Positions 33,731-45,218 of a stretch of 47,136 nucleotides of DNA are shown here, piece after piece. Source of the stretch: Octopus bimaculoides. Lineage: Eukaryota. The stretch is taken from positions 56,868,289 to 56,915,424 of the forward strand of contig NC_068983.1 in the NCBI RefSeq assembly GCF_001194135.2. The letters are read 5' to 3'. The translations under genes were made by a program, and so were the position numbers. The notes below the pieces were generated by a model. The model did not search any database. It was not told the origin of the DNA and saw nothing but the letters and a program-made list of their open reading frames with translations. Each line of letters opens with the position of its first letter. Position 1 is the first letter of the stretch.

Positions 33731-34194
33731 GTTCTATATTTTAGAGATGAGGAATTCTGTACATTATTTACATTGGACGGATATGTCCTCCTTATCTTGC
33801 TTGTTGTTTACACAATGTTTCGGCTGATATACTCTCCAGCCTTCTCCTGGTAGAATTTTAAACCAAACCCTGGGTTCTCATTCCTAAGGTATTTTTTAAA
33901 CTCGGAATCTCGGGGTTAGTAGCCCGCGCTCTTAGCCATTACACTGTATGCCCACGGGCAATTATAAAGCGAATTTTAGGGCTTATAAACCTAATATTTA
34001 TATATCCTTCCTTAAAACCGGTTCCCATATTCTACTCATATCTGCACTAGGTCTGCTTAGGAGGTTATTGTGTCCTAGCATATGTGCTGCTTCTTTTGGT
34101 TTTCGTATTTTCCAGTGGTGTTCTCTGTCGATTATTTTAACTTCATCCCACAGGAGAAAGTGGTCTTCGCTTTCCATACATGATCAGCTATAAG
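33731..34194 (-). mobile_element. Penelope-like element 3' end: GIY-YIG C-terminus, tRNA-like segment, degenerate hammerhead pseudo-LTR
   Basis: 33998-34190 encodes IADHVWK...EVKIIDREHHWKIRKPKEAAHMLGHNNLLSRPSADMSRIWEPVLRKDI*. Then GGGCATACAGTGTAATGGCTAAGAGCGCGGGCTACTAACCCCGAGATTCCGAG, then GGCTG-N10-CAGCC-GAAACATTGTG. Confidence 0.85.
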
Positions 34195-34398
34195 AATACT
34201 TATAGCTTAATTGAGATGTGACGTTCATGAGCTTCTTAGTAAGAGCAGTGAAATTCATTCAGTTGAAAATTAGAATACACTAACAATGTAAATATATAAA
34301 GATCTTACTCATTCTCTTTTCCCTGAAGCTGTGATGAGGAAATAGCCACATGTATGCCTCTACGTGGTCGTTCTTGGTGCTGGAAATACCAACATTCT

Positions 34399-34575
34399 AA
34401 TTTCTTTACTACCCACAAAGGGCTACACACAGAGGGGAAAAACAATGGCAGACAAACGGATTAAGTTGATTATATCGACCCCAGTGCGTAACTGGTACTT
34501 ATTTAATCGGCCCAGAAGGGATGAAAGGCAAAGTCGACCTCGGCAGAATTTGAACTCAGAACGTAGCGGCAGATG
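34399..34575 (-). mobile_element. 5'-truncated family A SINE
   Basis: Minus CTGCCGCTACGTTCTGAGTTCAAATTCTGCCGAGGTCGACTTTGCCTTTCATCC...CCCTTTGTGGGTAGTAAAGAAATT. Confidence 0.9.
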
Positions 34576-34860
34576 ATTTAGGTGCATATGTCTTTCCTTG
34601 TTGAAAGTTAACAGGGACTGATCTGAGAAGTATTTGGATAAAATTACTGGCAACTCGAACAGAATTCTTAGTAGTTATTCTCTATTTTAGCTTTCAGATA
34701 ATTTGGTCTCTCCTGGAATGCAACATGGTGCATCAATAAGTATCAGAAAGACAGGAAGGAAAGACAGAGCTCTTCTAGGAAATAACACTATATGTAAGGC
34801 CATGCGAACCCGGAAATCTTTGGCCGATTGACCAACATTTCAATCAATTACTGTTGGTTC

Positions 34861-34861
<1 letters not shown>

Positions 34862-34895
<34 letters not shown>

Positions 34896-35200
34896 NNNNN
34901 NNNNNNNNNNNNNNNNNNNNNNNNNNNNNNNNNNNNNNNNNNNNNNNNNNNNNNNNNNNNNNNNNNNNNNNNNNNNNNNNNNNNNNNNNNNNNNNNNNNN
35001 NNNNNNNNNGTGGTGGTGGTGGTGGTGGTGGTGATGCTTGTGATGATGATGATGATGATGATGATGGTTATGGTGGTGGTGGTGGTGGTTGCAGTGGTGA
35101 TGCTTGTGATAATGATGATGATGATGACGACGATGACGATGACGACGGCGACGAAGATGCCTATGACAGCGACAACGACGACGACGATAATTAAAATGAT
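34862..35200. repeat. (GAT)n/(GGT)n/(GAC)n trinucleotide complex spanning an N gap
   Basis: Directly visible. Confidence 0.9.
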
Positions 35201-36590
35201 GATGATTAGAAGAAGGAAAACAAAAGAGAGAAGAAGCTGTTACTTAGCTTTTGGACTGAATGCAACTTTCAGCTCTTCTATATGTTATATTCCAACCAAT
35301 TTTATCAATATTCATTTCTTTGAATCTCTTCTTCATTCATTGAGAAGTTGAAACAAGAAGCTGTTTAACATGAAATTCAATCATTTAATGGTACTTTTGT
35401 TTGTCTCAAATCTTGTTCATCACTCATAATGTTATATGTTAAAGATTTACACGATAAAGTATGATGCCTTCTAATGTCTATTCTTTCCTTTGCATTGATT
35501 TTCAACACGAAAGCTCCAGTCTGTTCAGATAAGTACACGAAGCGGCAGTGAAGGGTTAATCAATTATTTCTGCCAAAAATAACTGATTACTTAATCTGCA
35601 ATGAATTCTATATTTGAGAAAATTATCTTTCTGACCCAGTGCATTGACTCTCAGCTACTCTGATAGCATCCGGTGGTTTGAGCTAGTTTTCATTCTCACT
35701 CTCTAAGATAGATAACTTTACACTGATTCAATTCTTGATAGTGAAATTATTGGATCTACTAAGAGGTATAACCTCGCTGTTATAGCCTCAGCTCTCTTAT
35801 CAGAGCAATGATCCCTTCCTGGAATCGCTTTACGCGTGTATTGAAATGCAATCTACTTAACTTATCGCAACCGACATTGAGAAACAAACATCTACAAATA
35901 CTTTATTGACAAATATTAGCGTAACATTTTCTTAGACATCACTATCCAATATTCTGCATCATCAAACCGTTTTTCATAGTCTCTCTATATGTTTGTATGA
36001 TTAGAATCTTTTCGTAAACCAAAAGAATTTATGTTCTCCAAAATGGACCTTTCTCCTCCACATTAAACACCGCTAGCGTCTTGTGATATAAATTGAAATG
36101 AACATTAATAAGTCTGTTCTGTTGAATAAATTCTAGACTTGGTTAAGTGCTTCTTGGATATATATATNNNNNNNNNNNNNNNNNNNNNNNNNNNNNNNNN
36201 NNNNNNNNNNNNNNNNNNNNNNNNNNNNNNNNNNNNNNNNNNNNNNNNNNNNNNNNNNNNNNNNNNNNNNNNNNNNNNNNNNNNNNNNNNTATATATATA
36301 TATATGCACACACATGCTTATATATATATTATATATTTATATATATACATGCATACATATATATTATAGTGTGGATTTTCTAAAATACATCAAAATGGAT
36401 TTTAAATAATTCAAATTTTATTTTATATAAACGGAACAATACGTTGAGTAGAATGATTACATACATTTAATATCCCAAAGTTAGTCTACTGTCAACTTTG
36501 CTTAGAGATGGTCTCTTCTTTACTGCAGGATAAATGAAATTGCAATTTTTACTACGCTGGCTTGATCATGGAAGGATGTGTGTATGTGTA

Positions 36591-36783
36591 CTAGGGGGTG
36601 CTAAAAAGTTCCTGGCTTTAAGGGTGTCACGAAATGCCTGATTGGAGACCCACACTTCCGTGTTCTTTTACAGGGCTTAGAAAAAATGAAGGAAGTCTGC
36701 AATAAATGTATGAATCTTAGAGCGGAATATGTTAAATAAAATTATAATTAACTTATCCATCTGTATTTTCTTTTACCCAGGGC
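36591..36783 (+). mobile_element. Internally deleted mariner derivative: left TIR plus transposase C-terminus, right TIR eroded
   Basis: TA|CTAGGGGGTGCTAAAAAGTTCCTGGCTTTA; KEVCNKCMNLRAEYVK* resembles a mariner C-terminus. Confidence 0.7.
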
Positions 36784-38672
36784 CAATCGCAAACATCTAA
36801 CATTTTGTTTTTGAAAATATATGAGTATTGTTTTTCATTTTGGTAAAAAAAAATTTCCATGACTTCTTGTTTCCTTACATTTCCTTCTGTATCTTCCTGG
36901 AATTATTTTTATTTTCCATTAATTTTCTTCCATCCGTAAGTACTTTATTGAGGTAGCTTCTACATGTTCATTCCCCGATACAAATATGTGCTACATTTTC
37001 TTCAAGTTGTACAGTACCATTTTGAAACAGAAACTACTCCAGAAAATGTAGCCATTGGTGTAGAAAACATTGGACAAACAAACAAACAAAAAAGGCTAGA
37101 TTAGTCTTTCCTTACTCATTATGACCGATTTGAAGCTGAAAAACAAAAGATGAATGACTAAACAACAATTTCCATGCGATAACATGAAGCATGGTGTGTT
37201 TACTTTATGCGACGCTTTGGAACGTTGTAGTAACATTGTTAATGAGTGACAGGGATCCTCTATCGCAACTAAAGAAGCCATGATGAGAGAGTGTATTTCA
37301 GCTGTAGTTCATTGTAAATGAATAGTCATCTTAACTTTAATCCCCAGAATGGTTTTCCAGAAACTTTATACTAACTTACAATTCATGGGTGCATACTCAC
37401 ACGCATTCAATATTTTGTTATTATTGAATTGAGTTTTACTAATTCAAACCACAGTTAACAAGTTGCCTTGAATTCTATTTATTATACTTAGCCACAAGTA
37501 ATAGTCTGGTTCTGGCAGCGTTCCTACTCTTCTGAGTGAGAGAGAATAAACACCTGTAAAATGAACAGATGAAACAGTTTATATTGAAATAGTTGAACAT
37601 TCAAGTGAATTATTTCCTCAGGACATAAAGTAACTTTCCCAAAGCATTAATATTAAGTAGACTACTTTACACAACGTTCTATTGTTTCTATAATACATTA
37701 TACAACACTGCATTATAGTATATTGTCTACATTAAAATAGTAATTGAAATAGATAAAAAAATAAAATAAAACTGTCACGATAGTGTAAAACGAGTTTTCC
37801 ATTTTGCTTTTGTCATATTCAAAGAAACGGGGTACAGAAAATGGAATTAAAAGGTTTGGAAAGAGAATTGAGTGCAAGGGCTTGGCTGAGATTCAAAACA
37901 ATGTCACAAACGTAGATTTTGTAAAGCTCACCAACGCAGTTAAATGGAATTGTTAAGATTTTACCTTAAAAGGAGGAACAGCATTGCAATATCTGAAAGC
38001 TGTCATAAAACGACAGACTATAAAACTCTTTATAACAACATCAGCAATACTGACAGCAACACGAAATCACTCATGTATTAATTTGGCACAATTAGGATGT
38101 CAATATTTTAATTGCCAATTTCTATTCAATTACGAATATTTAATTTACTCATTTTACTTCACCTAATATAATCTGTCTGTAAAATTCTCCTCTTCGTTCG
38201 GTCCCATGTCTTATATATATTGATTACTTAAAGATCAATTTGATTAATGATACGAATATGAAGCCCATACTTCAAAAAGCATAAGCTACTGGCCCTTCCA
38301 TCACACTCTTCATTATGGTATTTCTAAGTTTTTGATTTCTTATAATTCATTCTTTCAGTGGCCCTATTTAAGTAAAACACTTTCATTCACGAGAGTATAA
38401 AAGCTCAATTTATGGGTTACGAAACTTACAACCAAGATGTCATCCTAGTAGCACTTTACTGTCTCACGGACTAAAGCACTTAAATTTCATATGCTTTGTA
38501 CAAACCTGTTATCGTAATACAACCAAATACATAATGTTACCTATTCTGCTTTTAATACTAAAAGCAACAGCTTTTAGCAATAATGAAATTAACGTAATTT
38601 TAATTTGTTATTTCAAACTCACTCCAAGTTGTTGAAAAACGTGTTAAATGCAACTGAATCATTTTCTAAACC

Positions 38673-38733
38673 CGAATGTCAACTGCTTAAGCAAAAATTG
38701 AGGCACGAACTTAGTTTAAGCAGTTGACAATCG
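38673..38733. other. 61-nt hairpin with 17/18 paired outer stem
   Basis: CGAATGTCAACTGCTTAA (38673-38690) pairs with TTAAGCAGTTGACAATCG (38716-38733). Confidence 0.85.
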
Positions 38734-39049
38734 AATGTCCAGGATTGACAAGCTTCAACAAAGGCGAAACACGTTTGTCGTACTCGTGTGTCACGATAAT
38801 TGTTTTGCTCCGGAACACGAACAGCATCCACAGAATCTAAGGTGAAATAACAAATAAATAAACTGTGCTCATTTCAGAAAAACGTTTTTCCTCTGGATTA
38901 GAAGAACCTTAAATGCATGCTAAAACACTAGATCGGAGGGTATTAACAAATGTAAGCACTTCAACAAACATTCCACTTTGATATTGGCACACATCAGCAC
39001 CACAACCATTTCCATCAACACCAACAGTCATGAAACAGGATTACACTAT

Positions 39050-39116
39050 TTTCTTTAATTCTTTAATGTGTATCAGTTTGAATGCTGCAGTCATGCTGGA
39101 GCACCACCGTTGAACA
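39050..39116 (-). mobile_element. Family B SINE tail fragment
   Basis: GCTGCAGTCATGCTGGAGCACCACC. Confidence 0.6.
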
Positions 39117-39326
39117 ATTCAGAACTAAACAAAGGCAACCGAAACTTATACAACTCTAAAGGGATATTTGGTAGGAAAAAAGGTTGGGAAGAACTTCTGC
39201 AAGTGGACACTCAAATTGCTAGAAATAACAACTTCCTGAAATAACAATTTTCTGAAAATATGCCCTCCCGTCTTAAATAGGAAAGACACATTGGAACAGG
39301 TGACCCAACATACTTCTAAAAAAAAA

Positions 39327-39478
39327 AGGCAGAAGGCGTAGTGGTTAGGGTGTTGCTGTCTCGATGGCAAGATCGTGGTTTCAAATTATGGATTGGGCTG
39401 TGCATTGTGTTCTTGAGCAAAACACTTCATTTCACGTTGCTCCAGTTCACCCACCTGCAAATAAGTATTCCTGGAATG
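39327..39478 (+). mobile_element. Family D-like SINE 5' part (tRNA head plus CORE/Meta-like block)
   Basis: GGCGTAGTGGTTAGGGTG (A box), GGTTTCAAATT (B-box-like), TTGTGTTCTTGAGCAAAACACTTCATTTCACGTTGCTCCAG. Confidence 0.8.
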
Positions 39479-40645
39479 AACTGGTCTCTTGTTGAGAAGG
39501 ATTATTGTAATCTCGGCCGCTCATGCGCCATGGAAACCAGGTAACCGACCCTATGGATCCCGAGACAGTATTTTACTTCAGAAAAAAAAGAGACAGTCGG
39601 TAAGGGAATACATTTGATTATAGATGTCCCTGCTCAGTATTGATCACGTGCTAAACAACAACAACAACAACAGCAACAACAACAGGAACAAGAACAGCAA
39701 TAGGCCAATGAAATAGCTGCTATATTATTTCTTGGTTTGTTAAAAGCGACAGGAAAATCTCATTACATTACAACCCAGCGACTGTTTAAAAAAAACGGAA
39801 AATCGTTAGTTCTATAAAACGTCAGGACGGTCGTGTCCGGAACGTACGTTTGATTCAATGTCACCTCAACCAGCGAGGACCTAAGTAAAAAGAACAAATA
39901 TATATTTTCGTTTCGCTCAATTCTTGTATTCCACCAATGGAACTTTCTCCAAATATTGTTGTGATTAGTCCAAAATAATTTGACATAAGCATACATTTAC
40001 GTATAAGTTACCATGAGGTGGATGTTAATTGAATTTCTGGAGAGATGAATGCTTAAAAAATTAAGCAACATCATATGTAACAGCCAAAATTATGATTAAT
40101 TAATGGTACACTTGCTGAATTTAGACACAACCGAAATTAGCAAGCCAAAATTAACCATCGTCTGGTTCAGGCATCAATAGTCTCCATACAGGAATGCACG
40201 TATGTATTTATGCAACTATATCTGTTCGTATATGCGTGAGTATGTAGAGGGACATATAGAATTGTATGTGAATGTAAAATCTATTTATCTGTGTACTTAT
40301 CTAACTCTCATTCAGTCTCTCTGTATGTGTGTATGTCTGCCTCTGCTGTGTATCTTTCTCTGTCTCGCTTGATACAAACACACACTCACGCACACACTCA
40401 TACGCACACACACACAGACGCTCACACACACATATACACACATACACACACATATACATACACACACACACTCACACATACGCACACACACACATATACT
40501 CACACACATACATAAAATACAGACAGACGGATGGGCTGCCTGGTATTGCTACAACTGTTTCATTAGAAACCTTTATTGTGACAAACTTATTACTTGATTA
40601 GACATGTATCTGTGTGGGTACATACAAGCATATATATATATATGT

Positions 40646-40682
<37 letters not shown>

Positions 40683-41203
40683 NNNNNNNNNNNNNNNNNN
40701 NNNNNNNNNNNNNNNNNNNNNNNNNNNNNNNNNNNNNNNNNNNNNNNNNNNNNNNNNNNNNNNNNNNNNNNNNNNNNNNNNNNNNNNNNNNNNNNNNNNN
40801 NNNNNNNNNNNNNNNNNNNNNNNNNNNNNNNNNNNNNNNNNNNNNNNNNNNNNNNNNNNNNNNNNNNNNNNNNNNNNNNNNNNNNNNNNNNNNNNNNNNN
40901 ATATATATATATATGTATACATATATATATATATGATTATGATGATGAAGATGATGATTATACATTTTTGGAATCCCAATGTATTTTTACTTGATTAATC
41001 TTGTAATTAATCGGATGGAAAAACAGATGAAAAGGAAAACATCATATTAAATGGTGATAATTATCGTTTTGATAATTTTAAAAGTTATGCAATTGTAGAC
41101 GCTAGCGAGAAAACAGAATAAGTTTGCTATTTTTATTGTCGTCGTCATCGCCGTTCACCTCCTCCTTCTCCTCCTATTCATCATTATCATAACCACCTTC
41201 ATC

Positions 41204-41234
<31 letters not shown>

Positions 41235-41329
41235 ACGTCATCATCATCATCATCATCATCATCATCGAGATCATCATCACCATCATCATCATATCTATTG
41301 TTAATATTATTATTATTATTATTATTATT

Positions 41330-41600
41330 CAGGTCACTGTTTGGAATCGAACTCGGAATCTTAAACCCGCGCTCTTAACCACTACGCCATATGCCCGTGG
41401 AATGAGAACCTTGGGAATGAGAAACCAGGTTCGAAATTTCCCCAAGACACTTGATGAAGGCTGGAGGGTATATCAGCCAAAAAACGTTATGTTAACAACA
41501 AACAAGATGAGGACAAATATCCGTCAAATGTAAATAATGTAAATAATGTAAATAATGTAAATAATGAACATAATTCCTCATCTCTTAAATATAGAACTGT
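41330..41600. mobile_element. Penelope pseudo-LTR copy with tRNA-like head (41330-41400, minus) inverted relative to the hammerhead part (41401-41600, plus)
   Basis: Minus GGGCATATGGCGTAGTGGTTAAGAGCGCGGG...GAGTTCGATTCC (A and B boxes). Plus GACAC-TTGATGA-A-GGCTG-GAGGGTATAT-CAGCC-AAAAAA-CGTT at 41446-41493, ending CCTCATCTCTTAAATATAGAACTGT. Confidence 0.85.
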
Positions 41601-41729
41601 ATTTCCATAGTTTGTTTATTTTGTTCTCTATAACCATATCCCATCTTCGTACTTCAATGGTATGTTCAGTCTTCATTGGAAAGTCTCATAAGATACTCAA
41701 AATTCTGAAATTCTTATTTTCTATCACAG

Positions 41730-41865
41730 CCCTTGGTTCGTGTCCTTACCTTTCATTCTCTGGGGATCAACAAAACCATTACCGGTTTGGCACTGGAGTC
41801 GATATAATCAACATATCCCCTATCCTAAAACTACTGGCATTGTACCCAAATTCAATAACATTACT
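41730..41865 (+). mobile_element. Diverged 5'-truncated family A SINE fragment
   Basis: CCTTACCTTTCATTCTCTGGGGATCAAC...GCACTGGAGTCGATATAATCAAC. Confidence 0.6.
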
Positions 41866-41884
41866 AATATTATTAGTTTCATTC

Positions 41885-42096
41885 AAGGACGAAAAACCAG
41901 CAGAATCGTTAGCACGCCGGACGAAATGCTTAGCGGGATTTCGCCCGTCGCTACGTTCCGAATTCAAATTCCGTGAGGTTGACTTAGCCGTTCATCCTTT
42001 CAAGGTCGATGAAATCAGTACCAGTTGAACACTGGGGTCAATATAATCGACTAATCTCCACCTCTCTCAAGCTGCCCTCGTGGCAAAATTTGAAAA
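41885..42096 (+). mobile_element. Family A SINE
   Basis: GCAGAATCGTTAGCACGCCGGACGAAATGCTTAGCGGGATTTCG...GAATTCAAATTCCGTGAGGTTGACTTAGCC. Confidence 0.85.
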
Positions 42097-43349
42097 GTTT
42101 CTCAGTTTTGCTTGTTTTTCACATCTTAGTATTTCATTTATTATCATTTTCACTTCGGTCTTACCAATAACTCTTTTCTCTCTCTTCTCNNNNNNNNNNN
42201 NNNNNNNNNNNNNNNNNNNNNNNNNNNNNNNNNNNNNNNNNNNNNNNNNNNNNNNNNNNNNNNNNNNNNNNNNNNNNNNNNNNNNNNNNNNNNNNNNNNN
42301 NNNNNNNNNNNNNNNNNNNNNNNNNNNNNNNNNNNNNNNNNNNNNNNNNNNNNNNNNNNNNNNNNNNNNNNNNNNNNNNNNNNNNNNNNNNNNNNNNNNN
42401 NNNNNNNNNNNNNNNNNNNNNNNNNNNNNNNNNNNNNNNNNNNNNNNNNNNNNNNNNNNNNNNNNNNNNNNNNNNNNNNNNNNNNNNNNNNNNNNNNNNN
42501 NNNNNNNNNNNNNNNNNNNNNNNNNNNNNNNNNNNNNNNNNNNNNNNNNNNNNNNNNNNNNNNNNNNNNNNNNNNNNNNNNNNNNNNNNNNNNNNNNNNN
42601 NNNNNNNNNNNNNNNNNNNNNNNNNNNNNNNNNNNNNNNNNNNNNNNNNNNNNNNNNNNNNNNNNNNNNNNNNNNNNNNNNNNNNNNNNNNNNNNNNNNN
42701 NNNNNNNNNNNNNNNNNNNNNNNNNNNNNNNNNNNNNNNNNNNNNNNNNNNNNNNNNNNNNNNNNNNNNNNNNNNNNNNNNNNNNNNNNNNNNNNNNNNN
42801 NNNNNNNNNNNNNNNNNNNNNNNNNNNNNNNNNNNNNNNNNNNNNNNNNNNNNNNNNNNNNNNNNNNNNNNNNNNNNNNNNNNNNNNNNNNNNNNNNNNN
42901 NNNNNNNNNNNNNNNNNNNNNNNNNNNNNNNNNNNNNNNNNNNNNNTATATATATATGTACGTATGTATATATGTATACATATATATGTATACATATGAA
43001 TGTATATCTGTATTTATGCACACATATATCATATATGCACATATATATGCATGTATATCTAACTATCAATCTATCCCGCTATCCACATATATGTGAGTGT
43101 ATATTATATACATACACACATACATACATACATATATAAATACACATACATACTTATATACATCTATGCATATCTATCTAGTTGTGTGCGTGCACATGCT
43201 ATTTTTGTATAATAATCCATGACCAGCTAATATTCAACAGGAACTCTTAAACACAGTTACTGCTGCACATATAGCTTCACCAGACAAATGACTAAATCAA
43301 TACGAAATGCCTATCAGTCAAGAATAACGAAAAACCACGGTAAACTAGA

Positions 43350-43720
43350 TCTGTAGCAATCCCAATAATTGTTCTATGCTTCACTCCAAAATCTGTGATA
43401 CACAGAGAGTAACAATATATGCATAGCTTTTATTGCCCTGACGAAGAACAGCTGTAAATCTCAGGTTCCACCATTACGTCCGTTCTTTCAGAAATAGAAG
43501 AAAAGCTTATTCAAATATATTTTGTCCTTAAAGTCGCAAAAATGCCTGAGATATAACATCAAATGGAAGCTCATGCACCAAGCTATAGCTTAAGAACACA
43601 ATAGAATCTGTCGTTATTGATTTGCACCAGAAACAAATTCTCAACATTGATCCACCCCTGGCTAACTAAAACGCAAAATTAGAACTATTTTTCCCCTGTA
43701 TATACTAAGTTACCTTTTGA
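43350..43720 (+). pseudogene. Heavily degenerate Penelope-like (Neptune-type) GIY-YIG endonuclease relic
   Basis: Frameshift-joined translation: CSNPNNC...FIALTKNSCKS/RFHHYVRSFRNRRKAYS...YNIKWKLMHQA...RICR...KQILNIDP...LELFFPC. This follows the YIGxT..FKxR...HxxSF...IKW...CxLC..EK...C pattern. Confidence 0.6.
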
Positions 43721-44124
43721 AAACACTTCAAATGAAACTAACAGCAACTGATGCCATCTAGTCTGAAGCCATCTAGTCTATTATATGACAGCACTTCACA
43801 ACACCACACCAGGCCTATTTAAAACACAACACACTGCTTTCAACTGTTTCCACATAGAAAAATATCTTTCACTTAAATCGCCAAGCCTTTAGTGACCGTC
43901 CACACATATTACCATCATAATTCTCTCCTTTTCCAGAACCCTACTACGCAGACATTTGAAATTCTCTTATTCTATAATTTGAAAATAGTACAATTTTATT
44001 ATTTCATAGTTCATAATATTTTAATTCATATTTTTTTATTTCATAATTTAATAATTTTATTGTTTCAAATTTGATAATACAATAATTTTATAAATTTAGA
44101 ATTTTATAATAGTACAGCATGGTA

Positions 44125-44352
44125 TTGGGTTGTCTGGAAAGTTCGTGCCGATTTATAGTAGCTTACCTTTCGACTTACTTGCCATGAAACCACCTCAATT
44201 CTGGGAAGAGGGTATTTTCATGTTAAAGGAAAGATGGAGATGCATTGTACAACAAAATGGTTCATATTTGGTTGATTAAAAATGTAATGACTAGTATTTA
44301 TTGACTTTTTTCTTTCCATTAAAAATCGACACGATCTTTCCGGACAACCCAA
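44125..44352 (+). mobile_element. 228-bp mariner MITE with both TIRs and TA target duplication
   Basis: TA|TTGGGTTGTCTGGAAAGTTCGTGCCGATTT ... AAATCGACACGATCTTTCCGGACAACCCAA|TA. Internal KPPQFWEEGIFMLKERWRCIVQQNGSYLVD*. Confidence 0.9.
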
Positions 44353-44832
44353 TAATTTGCATTCGATATTTTGTATTCATCGTTCAGGTTTACATTTCAT
44401 GTTTTGTTTTCTATGACTTTTTGATTTTAAAATGTCGGAACATTTTTACTCCATCGTAACTTTCCAAATACGCGATCATCTTTTTTAAATCTAATATCCT
44501 GGATTTCGTATGTTTTTGCCTACTAAATTTATGATACGATTTCTGTCATCCTAAATATACATTAAGACACAACTGCATATTCATGCTTGTTACATCTTGC
44601 TACGTGAATTGCTACATGAATTCGCACATGCGTCCATTTCTGTGCATCTGTGTTGTTATGTCGCATAAAAACTTGCACTTGCATAGACAACGACGCATGG
44701 GTACAGCTATGATTTCAAGAATGTCACAATGATTGCCATATACGTGTGAGGGTATACGTTTGTATATATGTGTGAATGTATGTATACCCTCCACACACAG
44801 ACATACATACAGACAGACATACATATACACAC

Positions 44833-44935
44833 ATTAGGTTGTCAGATAAATTCGTTCGTTTTTCTTACATTGATTTTAATCTTTATTTTTCATCAATAAT
44901 TTTAACAGATCAGTCGCCTGAGTGTACCAACTTGC
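44833..44935 (-). mobile_element. Mariner 3' end fragment with one TIR
   Basis: ATTAGGTTGTCAGATAAATTCGTTCGTTTTT resembles the TIR at 44125. Confidence 0.55.
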
Positions 44936-44978
44936 ATTTCGATCTCTTTTGTCTGCTAGGATGGATTTTCTTCCCTTC

Positions 44979-45160
44979 CAGTTGTATATTTAAGAGATAA
45001 GAAATTATGTGCATTATTTACATTATTTACATTTTGACGGATATTTGTCCTCATTTTGTTTGTTGTTAACACGACGTTTCGGCTGATATACCCTCTAGCA
45101 TTCATCAAGCGTCTTGTGGAAATTTCAAACATGGGTTCTCGTTCCTGAGGTATTTTTTGA

Positions 45161-45164
<4 letters not shown>
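44979..45164 (-). mobile_element. Penelope pseudo-LTR distal half with minimal hammerhead motif (45068-45113)
   Basis: Minus AACATCAAAAAATACCTCAGGAACGAGAACC...GACGC-TTGATGA-A-TGCTA-GAGGGTATAT-CAGCC-GAAA-CGTC-GTGTT; homologous to 33731-33900 and 41401-41600. Confidence 0.85.
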
Positions 45165-45211
<47 letters not shown>

Positions 45212-45218
45212 TATTATT

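Noticed and set aside
41340-41400. tRNA gene candidates (also SINE heads at 8660-8719, 16858-16930, 39327-39380)
   Set aside because: A and B boxes are present, but there is no complete cloverleaf and each is fused to repeat bodies; these are tRNA-derived heads, not genes.
43436-43500. CTGACGA followed by an AAGAAC/GTTCTT stem
   Set aside because: GAAA is displaced by extra bases, there is no stem III or NUH triplet, and it lies inside the GIY-YIG relic.
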